Shown here piece after piece: positions 1 to 9,752 of a stretch of DNA of 64,000 nt. The notes beneath the pieces are model-generated. The model was not told the origin of the DNA, did no database searches, and worked only from the letters and a program-made list of their open reading frames with translations. Positions within the stretch are counted from its first letter, which is position 1. The number at the start of each line of letters is the position of its first letter. The translations under genes were made by a program, and so were the position numbers. This DNA comes from Bacilli bacterium (GTDB lineage: Bacteria > Bacillota_I > Bacilli_A > RFN20 > CAG-826), in contig JAZQOV010000011.1 in assembly GCA_045628045.1 (NCBI GenBank), positions 1-64,000 on the forward strand, given 5' to 3'.

Positions 1-141
1 CAAGTTTAGAAAACTACATTCAATTAGTAGAAGAGTGGATTCGCTTTTATAATACAGACAGAATAAAAAACAAGAAGTCTTTGACTTCTCGTTCTTTGTA
101 GCTCCTTTTTTATTTTTGTGCACTATTCGGGGTGCACTTCA
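1..141 (+). mobile_element. Right end of an IS3-family insertion sequence (transposase C-terminus <1..101 plus right inverted repeat)
   Basis: Frame 3..101 reads SLENYIQLVEEWIRFYNTDRIKNKK..*, matching the IS3 OrfB C-terminal 'YI.FYN.ERI' pattern; followed by tgtgcactattcggggtgcacttCA ending at 141, typical of IS3/IS150 right ends ending in CA. Confidence 0.7.
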
Positions 142-147
142 CATATG

Positions 148-1032
148 CTATCTTTTTTCTTTATAAATTTTGTTTGTTATCGCATTTATTATATTGTAAA
201 CAATAAGGCCACCCAGTAACGCAATCAACATTCCACCTGTGACGTCACTAAGATAATGAACGTTAAGCATTAATCTTGAGATTGCTACAACAAAGCCATA
301 AAGTGCACCAATTATAATTGCTACAACTTGAGATGATTTTTTGAGTTCAACCTTTCTTAAAGAAAGAGCAAGTGGTAAAACAAAGATCATTTCAGTAGCG
401 TTTGTCGCATGACCTGAGACAAATGATTTATAACCATCGCCTAATTTTAAACATTCAAATGGTTTAAATTCATACCAATTTCTGAATGTATCAGCAAATG
501 GTCTTGGTCTGCTTGCTAAATATTTAATTATTTCAGTCCCGCATGTGCACGCGCCTATTATAAAAAGGATTGTTAAGCATGTTGGAACAATTGCTTTCTC
601 ATCAAGTTTGCGCATTGAAACCCGGGTAAATAAGATAATTGCCATATTAATAAGAATTACTAATACGATAATTGAAACTTTGTAAGTGTCTGCATTTGAT
701 GCTAAAGGTTCAAAATCAGCGTAATCCATACATACGTCTATTTCATAGACGTTGCAACCTAAAAACGCAAGGATAGAAATGATTTTTAAGAATGCGTTAA
801 AACCTTTACGCTTTTGTGCAGGAGAAAAGAAAAGCACAACAGAGGCGTAAACGCCTGTTGATAACGTTGCTATAACTCCAAAAGCAGTTAATAAGATAGC
901 GAAAAGACTATCGGTATTTGCAAGTTTCGGTGCTATTTCTTGATCAAAAAATGTGCCAACAAGCAAACCAAATGTGACTATTAATAAAACTAATATTGAT
1001 AAAACGTTTTGGAATCTTCTATTTATTTTCAT
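148..1032 (-). CDS. PAP2-family membrane phosphatase
   Basis: PAP2 motifs KYLASRPRP, SFVSGH, SRLMLNVHYLSD; multiple TM segments. Confidence 0.9.
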   Translation of the reverse strand: MKINRRFQNVLSILVLLIVTFGLLVGTFFDQEIAPKLANTDSLFAILLTAFGVIATLSTGVYASVVLFFSPAQKRKGFNAFLKIISILAFLGCNVYEIDVCMDYADFEPLASNADTYKVSIIVLVILINMAIILFTRVSMRKLDEKAIVPTCLTILFIIGACTCGTEIIKYLASRPRPFADTFRNWYEFKPFECLKLGDGYKSFVSGHATNATEMIFVLPLALSLRKVELKKSSQVVAIIIGALYGFVVAISRLMLNVHYLSDVTGGMLIALLGGLIVYNIINAITNKIYKEKR

Positions 1033-1033
1033 A

Positions 1034-1597
1034 TTATTTAATATAACTCATATGCCTTAGGTTTGACAATGTCAAATCAGTTAGAAATTTAACATTTTCA
1101 TCCTTTGTACCAGTTGCCAAGGTTATATAACCATTGATAACTCCTAATAATCCGTTAACCAAAAATGAAGTCTTCATTTTGTTCTTTTCTGTTGGCTTTA
1201 TTAACTCATTAAGAGTTTTATTTAATTTTTTACGTTCGGTTAAAATATAACCATAACAAGAAGAATCTGTTAGCAAAATACGATACAATTCGATATTTTC
1301 ATCAATAGCATTAAGAAGTTTTTTAAACATATCTTCAATTTTCTTTCGATTTAAGCCAATTTTTCTAAATGTTTCGACATCAAGATTACCAAAATGGTGC
1401 AAAAATGATTCTTTTACTATTGATTCAAGAATTTCTTCTTTTGTACCGTAATTTAGATAGATTGTATTACGATTTACCATTGCTTTTTCCGCAATTTCGG
1501 TGATAGAGACATTCTGAAATCCTTTCATTTCAACTAAATTAATGAAAGCATTTTCGATAGCTGCTCTACTTTTAATTACTCTAAGGTCTGTTTTCAT
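1034..1597 (-). CDS. TetR/AcrR family transcriptional regulator
   Basis: N-terminal KTDLRVIKSR...VSITEIAEKAMVNRNTIYLNY helix-turn-helix; extended -10 (TGGTAAAAT) upstream on the minus strand. Confidence 0.9.
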   Translation of the reverse strand: MKTDLRVIKSRAAIENAFINLVEMKGFQNVSITEIAEKAMVNRNTIYLNYGTKEEILESIVKESFLHHFGNLDVETFRKIGLNRKKIEDMFKKLLNAIDENIELYRILLTDSSCYGYILTERKKLNKTLNELIKPTEKNKMKTSFLVNGLLGVINGYITLATGTKDENVKFLTDLTLSNLRHMSYIK

Positions 1598-1713
1598 AAG
1601 ATATTAAGCATTTTACCATATTTGTATGATAAAAGGCAAATGCTAATAAGTGCCTATTGTTATGACATATATTTTAATATATAGTAGTGTCGTTCTTTTT
1701 AAAGGAGATTATC

Positions 1714-2619
1714 ATGAACAAATTTGCAATTTTCACTGATTCAACTAGTGATTTAACCACAAAACAAAGAAAAGATCATAATATCGAATACGTTAGAATG
1801 TTAGTTAACTGGACTGATAAAGATAAAGTATTCCACGAAACATATGCCGACCTCGATTGGACTGAATTAACTCCAACCGAATACTATAACTTGATGAAAG
1901 ATGGTGCAGTCATCATGACTTCACAAGTTACCGAACAAGAATTTGATTTAAAATTCATCCCACATTTTGAAAAAGGTGAGGACATTTTATATTTAGCATG
2001 TTCATCAGGCTTAAGCGCATCAGGCGCTCTAGCAGCACGCTTATGGAAGGAAAAATATTCCAAATCCTATCCAAATTGTAATTTAATAGTCGTTGATACT
2101 TTAACTTCAGTTATGGCTGAAGGATTAATGGTTCTTGATGCAGCAGCTATGAGAGATGCTGGTAAAACCATGGAAGAAATTGCTTCAACAATCGAAAAAA
2201 CAAGACTTTCATACAACCAATCAGCAACTGTTGAAGATTTAACAACACTTGGAAAACACGGACGTGTTAAAGCCTCAGCTGCTTTCTTTGGAAACATCTT
2301 TGGTGTCAAACCAATTCTTATCTCAGATGCCAAAGGCATGAACTTTGCTATTGAGAAAATGAAAGGCAGAAGAAATGCATTGATGAGAGTTGCATCCTTA
2401 GTAAAGGAAAGAGTTATTGATGCAAAGAATCAAATTTGCTATGTCTGCGAAGCAGATGCAAAGGCAGAAGACCTTGAACTTCTCGTTTCGCAATTAAAAG
2501 CAATCGGATTTAAAGCCATCGAAGTTCAAAAACTTGGACCAATTATTTCCGCATCATGTGGTCCAGCAACAATTGGTGTTTATTACAAAGGCCAAGAAGA
2601 ACTTCGTATAGGTGAATAA
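1714..2619 (+). CDS. fakB: DegV-family fatty acid-binding protein (FakB)
   Basis: IFTDSTSDL, TSQV, SSGLSAS, GRV, KPIL, CGPATIG motifs; AAGGAG SD before ATG at 1714. Confidence 0.9.
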   Translation: MNKFAIFTDSTSDLTTKQRKDHNIEYVRMLVNWTDKDKVFHETYADLDWTELTPTEYYNLMKDGAVIMTSQVTEQEFDLKFIPHFEKGEDILYLACSSGLSASGALAARLWKEKYSKSYPNCNLIVVDTLTSVMAEGLMVLDAAAMRDAGKTMEEIASTIEKTRLSYNQSATVEDLTTLGKHGRVKASAAFFGNIFGVKPILISDAKGMNFAIEKMKGRRNALMRVASLVKERVIDAKNQICYVCEADAKAEDLELLVSQLKAIGFKAIEVQKLGPIISASCGPATIGVYYKGQEELRIGE

Positions 2620-2621
2620 AA

Positions 2622-4295
2622 ATGATATTAAAAAAATTAAATGGTGAGCAATTCAAAGAATTACTCACAAACGGAGCTTTAAATTTAAAAGCTCACTTTG
2701 AAGAGGTTGACTCACTCAACGTCTTCCCTGTTCCTGATGGAGACACTGGAACAAATATGCTTAGAACAATCCAAGGCGGCGTTTCCGCTCTTAATGGATT
2801 TAAATCTAAAGACCTCGGGGAAGTTGGAAAAGTTGTTTCTAAAGGCATGCTTATGTCCGCAAGAGGAAACTCTGGCGTTATTCTTTCCCAAATTTTCCGT
2901 GGAATTTGTAAAGGTTTTGAAGGCAAAAAAGAAGTTGATGTTATGCAACTTGCTGCTGCCTTTAAAATAGGTGTTAAGCAAGCTTATGGCGCTGTTGTAA
3001 CACCAGTTGAAGGTACAATTCTTACTGTTTTTAGAGAAGCTACAGAAGCAGCTTCTAAGAAAGTTACAAAAGATTCAACAATCAATGAATTTTTTGAAGC
3101 GCATTTAAAACAATCAACTTCAACCTTGAAGAAAACAAAAGAAATGCTTCCAGTTTTAAAAGAAGCTAATGTTATTGACTCAGGTGGAGCTGGTTACGTT
3201 TACATAGTAAAAGGCTTTCTTAAATTCCTTGATGGAGAAAAAATCGAAGCAGAATTAAGCGAAGAAGAACATAAGAGCGAAGCACCTGAAATTGATTTTA
3301 GTGCTTTCTCAAAAGATGATGTTCTTCAATTTGGTTACTGCACAGAATTTATTCTTAGACTTCAAAGCTCAAAAGTTGATGTTGAAAATTTTGACGTCGA
3401 ACAAATAATCAAAGATCTTAATGAAGAAGATATTTCAGGTGACTCAATTGTCGCTTTAAAAGACGACGATGTCGTAAAAGTTCACGTTCACACCATAGAA
3501 CCAGGTATTGTTCTTCACAAAATGAGAAAATACGGCGAATTTTTAACAATTAAATGTGAAAACATGGCACTTCAACATAACGAAAACATGTCTGAAGAAG
3601 AACGTGAGTCACAAATTAAACGTGAACACAAAAAATACGCTATTGTTGCAGTCGCACAAGGTAAAGGAATTATTGAACAATTCGAAGCTTTAGGTGTTGA
3701 TGTTGTTGTTTCGGGCAACCAAACAATGAACCCTTCTACTGAAGATTTCATTAAAGCATTTAAGAGTTTGGATGCTGAAAACATTATTGTTTTCCCAAAT
3801 AACAAAAACATTATTATGGCTGCAAAACAAGCTGCTCAACTCTATAAGGGCGCACGCGTTAAAGTTATTCATTCAACTTCAATTCCACAATGTTTCTCAG
3901 CTTTAACAATGCTCGATTACTCAAGCGATGACTTCACAATTATCTGTGGTACATTCCTCGAAGCAATTCGTAATGTTGTTACAGGAGAAATCACGATTGC
4001 TAATAGATCAACAAAGTTGAATGGTGTTTCAGTCATGAAAAATGATCACATTTCAATTATTGATGGCAAATTAGTGAAAGCCTCAAAATACAAAAGCAAA
4101 GTTGTTTGTGATTTGCTTTCAAAAGTTCCTAACATTAAAGAAAAACAAGTTATCACTTTGATTTATGGTAAAGACACAACCGAGGATGAAAAGAAGAAAA
4201 ATGTCGATGCAATCAAAACAAAATATCCATTCCTCGAAATTGGTGCAGTTGATGGCGGCCAAAGTGTCTATAAATATTTGATCGCGATTGAATAA
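2622..4295 (+). CDS. fakA: DAK2-domain fatty acid kinase (FakA)
   Basis: LNVFPVPDGDTGTNM, ARGNSGVILSQ, PVEGTILTV, DSGG, GYCTEF, KVHVHT, TMNPS. Confidence 0.95.
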   Translation: MILKKLNGEQFKELLTNGALNLKAHFEEVDSLNVFPVPDGDTGTNMLRTIQGGVSALNGFKSKDLGEVGKVVSKGMLMSARGNSGVILSQIFRGICKGFEGKKEVDVMQLAAAFKIGVKQAYGAVVTPVEGTILTVFREATEAASKKVTKDSTINEFFEAHLKQSTSTLKKTKEMLPVLKEANVIDSGGAGYVYIVKGFLKFLDGEKIEAELSEEEHKSEAPEIDFSAFSKDDVLQFGYCTEFILRLQSSKVDVENFDVEQIIKDLNEEDISGDSIVALKDDDVVKVHVHTIEPGIVLHKMRKYGEFLTIKCENMALQHNENMSEEERESQIKREHKKYAIVAVAQGKGIIEQFEALGVDVVVSGNQTMNPSTEDFIKAFKSLDAENIIVFPNNKNIIMAAKQAAQLYKGARVKVIHSTSIPQCFSALTMLDYSSDDFTIICGTFLEAIRNVVTGEITIANRSTKLNGVSVMKNDHISIIDGKLVKASKYKSKVVCDLLSKVPNIKEKQVITLIYGKDTTEDEKKKNVDAIKTKYPFLEIGAVDGGQSVYKYLIAIE

Positions 4296-4354
4296 GGTTT
4301 TTGACCGTTGTCATACTTGACAATGAGAATAATAACTATAAACTATTAAAGCGT

Positions 4355-4825
4355 ATGGAAATTATATTTCTAGCATTATTAGCCTCTGCTATTACTATCT
4401 GTTTCTTGAAGTTAATAGATAAGAAAGTAGAAGGAAAATACACCGTTTTAAAGAAAATCGGCGTTCTTTTCCTACTTGGCGTTTGCGTATTTCTATTAGT
4501 GACATTCTATGGAGGAACAATCCTTAGCTTGTCTCGTTTAAAATTCAAATCCGTAGCAAAGATAAAACAAATTATCTTTTTACAAATCATTGGTATTATT
4601 GCACTTTTGCTAGTGTTTTTAATTTGCATACTTCGTCTTTTATTCACACGCACTTTCAAAGTGGAAAAAAGAGAATTTAACAAAGTTAATTCAATTAATT
4701 CTACATGCGACATTTGCTATGATGTCGATATTGTTCCGGTTGAAAAAAACACAACTATTTTTAACGCACAAAGAGTGACTCTAAGGAGTTACTCTTTTTG
4801 TTTGCCAGAAGGAGGGAATAATTAA
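4355..4825 (+). CDS. Hypothetical membrane protein (3 TM)
   Basis: Hydrophobic segments; ATG 4355 just after TTGACA(4317)-16-TAAACT(4339); stop overlaps the next ATG. Confidence 0.6.
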   Translation: MEIIFLALLASAITICFLKLIDKKVEGKYTVLKKIGVLFLLGVCVFLLVTFYGGTILSLSRLKFKSVAKIKQIIFLQIIGIIALLLVFLICILRLLFTRTFKVEKREFNKVNSINSTCDICYDVDIVPVEKNTTIFNAQRVTLRSYSFCLPEGGNN

Positions 4826-6351
4826 TGATTAGCACAATTATTTCACTTGGAATCACATTAGTAATCCTTGGCGCCCTTACTGGTTTATTCTTTATGTTAA
4901 GAAGAAAGAATATTGTTTTAGGTGAAACAAAGGCATTTAAGATCGCAGTTAAAGTTGCAGCATGCGTGCTTGTCGCGCTTATGTTTGCAAGATCTTATTG
5001 TAACGATAGATTTGTTGTTATTATTAACAAAGGTTATTTTGAAGGACGTTTCTACGATAACGCTACTCCAGAAACTAATTTACTTGCTATCTTAAGATGG
5101 ATTCAATTTGCGTCCTTATGTATTATTATTCCTGCTGTTTTCTACGATAATCGCATATTTAGAAATATGGCGAAGTATTTCTGCGCTCCTTTTGGCGTAG
5201 TTAACTTATTCTTCCTAAGTAAGTATTTAGATGATTTTAATATCCTTGCAGTTAGTGGAGTTGGCAAAAATAAAGGATTCTACGTCCAACCTTCTATAAG
5301 AACACCATTTGTTATTATTGAATTTGTCTTATTTATTGTTGTTCCAGCACTTTTATTCTTCATGGAATCTGGAAAGAAATATTACTCAACCAAAAAAGAA
5401 ATCATTCTTACTTGTATTTACGTGCCATGCGCTATTGCGTTATGCCCACCTGTATATTTATTTCAATCAGTTTTTGGATTTACAGAGAAATTTATGCTTT
5501 TAGGCACTTCTAGTTGGTTCTTGTGGGTGCTTTCAATACTTGTACTTCTAGCAGGAATTTATTTCCTATTTAGATTCAAGGATAAAACAACAAGAGAATC
5601 TGTCATTCTAATGCTTGCGCTATACACGTTCATGCATTACAACACGATTTATATGATGGATTTAGTTGCATCACGCTTGCCACTTCAATTATGTAACCTT
5701 GGTTCATATTTGATTTTAATTGCATGCATTTTCCATAATCAAAAATTCTTTAACTTCATCTTTATTGGAAACGTTTTTGGTGCGGTTGTTGCTACAATTA
5801 TTGGCTACGATAGTAATGAATTACTATCATTCTGGTCAATGCACTACATCATTGAGCATACTTGGGTTATTAATTTACCACTTTTAATGGTTGCCTTTAG
5901 ACTTTATGAAATGCCTGACTTTAGAAAGAAAGCATTACTTCACTTCTTTATCGGATTCACAATCTTCTTTGTGGTCTGCTGGAGCGGTGGTTTTGTTCTC
6001 AACTGTTTCTTATTTAAACAAGGCCATAAATTCTTTAATCACGTCAACTACTTCTACATGTATGACAATACGGTTGCGAATGTATTCCCGTTCTTAGGAT
6101 TTACAAAAGCGGGTTCTATAACAATAAACAATTACACATTCTATCCGATTTATCAGGCTGGAATTTATATTGGATACATGGCTCTTTGTATCGCGTTTTA
6201 TTTCTTAATTTGGTTTAGCCAAAGCGTTGCAGAGAGACATTTCAAACTTAGAAAATTAAGAATTAATTTCTTAAAAGAAAAAGGATTCTACAAGAAATTC
6301 CATCTTGAAGAGCCATTACTTGAATACAAAAAAGAAAGCGAGGAGAAGTAA
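4825..6351 (+). CDS. YwaF-like integral membrane protein (long, possibly two-domain)
   Basis: LPLQLCNL and 'HYIIEH...NYFYM' motifs typical of YwaF-type proteins; many TM segments; GGAGGG SD. Confidence 0.65.
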   Translation: MISTIISLGITLVILGALTGLFFMLRRKNIVLGETKAFKIAVKVAACVLVALMFARSYCNDRFVVIINKGYFEGRFYDNATPETNLLAILRWIQFASLCIIIPAVFYDNRIFRNMAKYFCAPFGVVNLFFLSKYLDDFNILAVSGVGKNKGFYVQPSIRTPFVIIEFVLFIVVPALLFFMESGKKYYSTKKEIILTCIYVPCAIALCPPVYLFQSVFGFTEKFMLLGTSSWFLWVLSILVLLAGIYFLFRFKDKTTRESVILMLALYTFMHYNTIYMMDLVASRLPLQLCNLGSYLILIACIFHNQKFFNFIFIGNVFGAVVATIIGYDSNELLSFWSMHYIIEHTWVINLPLLMVAFRLYEMPDFRKKALLHFFIGFTIFFVVCWSGGFVLNCFLFKQGHKFFNHVNYFYMYDNTVANVFPFLGFTKAGSITINNYTFYPIYQAGIYIGYMALCIAFYFLIWFSQSVAERHFKLRKLRINFLKEKGFYKKFHLEEPLLEYKKESEEK

Positions 6352-6352
6352 A

Positions 6353-7072
6353 ATGATCAGCATTAGAAATTTCTCAAAGCAATACAAGAAGAGTACTTAT
6401 TACTCTGTAAAAGATCTCAGTCTTGAAGTAAAAGATGGAGAAGTTTTCGGATTTTTAGGACCTAATGGTGCTGGAAAATCTACCACAATCAAATCCATTA
6501 TTGGGGTTCTTCCATTAACTGAAGGACAAATTTTGATTGATGGAATTGATATTTCTAAAGAACCAATGGCCGCAAAAAAGAAAATTGGTTATGTTCCTGA
6601 TAACCACGCAATCTTCGAAGGTTTAACAGGTAGAGAATACATTAATTACCTCGCAAATATATATCAAATTGAATTAAGCCAAGCAGAAGCTGTAGCTGAA
6701 AAATATCTTGATGTTTTCGGTTTACGCTTTGCGTACGATAATCCAATCAAGTCATACTCACATGGTATGAAACAAAAAATATGCGTTATTGGATCTTTAA
6801 TTCATAATCCGAAAGTTTGGATTCTTGATGAACCATTAACTGGTCTTGATCCACAAAGTGCATATCAATTAAAAGCTGCAATGAAAGAACATGCTAAAGC
6901 AGGAAATACAGTTTTCTTCTCAAGCCATATTCTTGATGTTGCTGAAAACCTCTGTGACAGAGTTTGCATTATTAAAAAAGGTCAATTACAAGGCGTTTAT
7001 AACACAAAAGATCTTAAGAAAGGCGACAAATCACTTGAAGATGTCTTCATGGATGTTATTGCAAAGGACTAA
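6353..7072 (+). CDS. ABC-2 type transporter ATP-binding protein
   Basis: Walker A GPNGAGKS, signature YSHGMKQK, Walker B ILDEP; AGGAG SD before ATG 6353. Confidence 0.95.
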   Translation: MISIRNFSKQYKKSTYYSVKDLSLEVKDGEVFGFLGPNGAGKSTTIKSIIGVLPLTEGQILIDGIDISKEPMAAKKKIGYVPDNHAIFEGLTGREYINYLANIYQIELSQAEAVAEKYLDVFGLRFAYDNPIKSYSHGMKQKICVIGSLIHNPKVWILDEPLTGLDPQSAYQLKAAMKEHAKAGNTVFFSSHILDVAENLCDRVCIIKKGQLQGVYNTKDLKKGDKSLEDVFMDVIAKD

Positions 7073-7078
7073 TTAAGG

Positions 7079-8815
7079 ATGAAAAAGACAGGTTTCTTTA
7101 AGAATATAAAAGATACCCTTATCGCAAAGTTTAAACGTGTTCCTCAACACGCCGAACGCAGTAAGGCTGTTTTAAGCTTACTTTTTGCGAACGCTTATCC
7201 TAATATGAGAAAAGGAAAACGTAAACAAGCCATTCCATCACTTCTTAAGAACATTCTTATTATGGCTGTTGTCTTCTTTGTTTTCTGGTTCTTAGCTGGA
7301 AAAATAATGAACTTCTTAAGTATTAAGGTTAATGGCGAATTCCTTTCAATTGCTTTACTTTTAACATCTGTTTTAGGATTAGCATTCGCTACAACAAGCA
7401 TTATTACAAAAATGTATTTGAGCAACGATAATAACTTGTTATTATCTTTACCAATATCATTCAACGAATTATTTATTGCAAAGGTTGTAATGGTTTATAT
7501 TTCGGAATTCATGTTCAACCTTATCTATATTCTTCCAATCTTCTGCGCAATCGGAGTTATTGGAGGAGTTGGAGTTTTGTATTACGTTGGAGTTATTGTT
7601 TTACTTCCATTCATTTCAGTTTTACCAATTGCTCTGGGAGCATTAATTTCAATTCCAATTATGTTTATCGTGAAATTCTTTAAATCACGTCCAGTTGTTA
7701 CAATTGTTGTATCAATTATTGCAATTATTGCTGTATTCGTTGGATACATGTTTATTGTTAGATCTGTTTCTGGTGCATTTAACATTGCTGAAGAACAAAT
7801 TTCTAACTCTCTCAAAGTGCATTACGCAATCAACGATATTGGCGGAAAACTCTTCTGTTACACATACATCATGCGAGCACTAGAAAGTTTCTTTGTAACG
7901 AAAAATATCGTGGAATTCCTGGTGTTTTTCGGAATTTTACTACTTTATTTAATTGGTTCAGTTATTGTTTTACTTCCATGTTTGTTACTTATCAAACACT
8001 TCTTCCAATCAATCGAAACAATGAATGAACAAACTCCTGTCATTAAAGTAAAAGGCGATAAGAAATTTAAAAAACGTAGTCAATTTAGACAATTACTTGA
8101 AAACGAGTTTAAGATGATTCTTCGTTCACCAAATCAACTTTTCAAGTACTTCTTAATCACAATTTTAATGCCTCTTATTGTTTTCACTTATGACTTTATT
8201 TTAAAAGACATTGTCGTTAACGATACAGGCAACATTGTTAAATACGCATCGCATTATTTTGCTTTATTTACAATGGTTTGTTTATCAAGTTTAATTTCTA
8301 GCGTCGCTATTTCAAAACAAGGAAGTTTATTCTACCTAACAAAGACTCTTCCAGTTGATTACAAGAAACAAATTACTGTAAAAGCTGTATTCAACTGTTC
8401 TTTAACAATTGGAATGGTTCTTATCACCATGATTGTAGTTCTCGCTACTGGAGTTATTAATGTCTGGCAGGTAACAGTGTGTTCAGCATTAAGTGCAATC
8501 TTTATTTGTATTGGGCACGTTTGTCACTCTATTGATTTAGATTTAAGAAAGCCAACTTTATCTTGGTATGATGTCAGTGATATTGATGAACTTAGCAAGA
8601 ACACTGCAACATCAGTTTTGATTGGTTTACTTATTTCAGCAGCCTCATTCCTTATTATGTATTTGACTTACACATTAAGGTTAAAAGAAGTTGTCTCTGT
8701 TAGCATTATGGAACCAGTCATAGTAGTTCTCATTTTAAGCATTTTATACGCGATTTTCCGTGTATATTTCCTATATTTACGCGTTCAAGATGAATTAGAA
8801 AGGATGGAATTATAA
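7079..8815 (+). CDS. ABC-2 type transporter permease
   Basis: Two-repeat multi-TM protein with LLLSLPI and LKTLPV-like motifs; follows the ATPase. Confidence 0.8.
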   Translation: MKKTGFFKNIKDTLIAKFKRVPQHAERSKAVLSLLFANAYPNMRKGKRKQAIPSLLKNILIMAVVFFVFWFLAGKIMNFLSIKVNGEFLSIALLLTSVLGLAFATTSIITKMYLSNDNNLLLSLPISFNELFIAKVVMVYISEFMFNLIYILPIFCAIGVIGGVGVLYYVGVIVLLPFISVLPIALGALISIPIMFIVKFFKSRPVVTIVVSIIAIIAVFVGYMFIVRSVSGAFNIAEEQISNSLKVHYAINDIGGKLFCYTYIMRALESFFVTKNIVEFLVFFGILLLYLIGSVIVLLPCLLLIKHFFQSIETMNEQTPVIKVKGDKKFKKRSQFRQLLENEFKMILRSPNQLFKYFLITILMPLIVFTYDFILKDIVVNDTGNIVKYASHYFALFTMVCLSSLISSVAISKQGSLFYLTKTLPVDYKKQITVKAVFNCSLTIGMVLITMIVVLATGVINVWQVTVCSALSAIFICIGHVCHSIDLDLRKPTLSWYDVSDIDELSKNTATSVLIGLLISAASFLIMYLTYTLRLKEVVSVSIMEPVIVVLILSILYAIFRVYFLYLRVQDELERMEL

Positions 8816-8816
8816 T

Positions 8817-9743
8817 ATGAAAAAGTTCTCTATTATCATTCTTATTTTACTTCCGTTTTTCCTAATTTATTTCGTCTCATTAGCAGGAAAAATTTATTCT
8901 GCATATTCTTCAATTGAACTCATTAGTATGTCGATTAGAGACTCAGATCACACCTTTGAAGAAGGCGAGATTTTAGAGATGAGAGTTGAAGAATCTCATT
9001 ACATTGAAATTGAGTTTAATCCAGATAACGCTTCAAACAAATCTTATACAGTTGCTAAGTATGATGAATCAGTCATTTCATATAACAACCACGGTTTAAT
9101 TGAAGCTGTTGGCGAAGGTGTTACAACTTTAATTTTCACATCACTCAGTAATTCATCTATTTTCACCGAACTCACTGTCCATGTACGTGATGATCAATTA
9201 AGAGATTTCACATTACCTACAAGCGAAATTAATATAAAAATCGGCGGAAAAGAGCAAATAAATCCAGTTTATGAACCAAAAAATCCAGTTGAAGAACAAA
9301 AAGGATTTACATATACATCCCTTGATCCATCAATCGCAACCGTTGACTCGAACGGTTACGTTACTGGTGTTTCTGAGGGTGAAACATACATTGTCGTTAA
9401 ATCTACTTATTTAGGAAAGGAGAAACAAGTCAAGGTAAAAGTATCAGAACACGGAGCAGGATCTGCCTACTTTAATCTCGAAAAGGAAGAAGGTTATTCT
9501 TACGCTATTTGGCACGAAGATACAATCGAACTTTATGACCATATTACTATTGTTAATGGATCACGAAAAGATTATGTATTTGATGTAACTTCAGCAAATG
9601 GTGTTGATACAACTTACTTAGAGAGCGATGGCATCCTCAGATTTACACAAAAAGGCGTACTGGTCACAGTTAATTTATATAGAAAGACCAGTGATTCAAA
9701 AGTAAAAATTGATGATATTTCAATTAAATATATTGCTAATTAG
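8817..9743 (+). CDS. Membrane-anchored Ig-like (Big_2) domain protein
   Basis: N-terminal TM; repeats such as YTSLDPSIATVDSNGYVTGVSEGET. Confidence 0.8.
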   Translation: MKKFSIIILILLPFFLIYFVSLAGKIYSAYSSIELISMSIRDSDHTFEEGEILEMRVEESHYIEIEFNPDNASNKSYTVAKYDESVISYNNHGLIEAVGEGVTTLIFTSLSNSSIFTELTVHVRDDQLRDFTLPTSEINIKIGGKEQINPVYEPKNPVEEQKGFTYTSLDPSIATVDSNGYVTGVSEGETYIVVKSTYLGKEKQVKVKVSEHGAGSAYFNLEKEEGYSYAIWHEDTIELYDHITIVNGSRKDYVFDVTSANGVDTTYLESDGILRFTQKGVLVTVNLYRKTSDSKVKIDDISIKYIAN

Positions 9744-9752
9744 GAGGAAAAT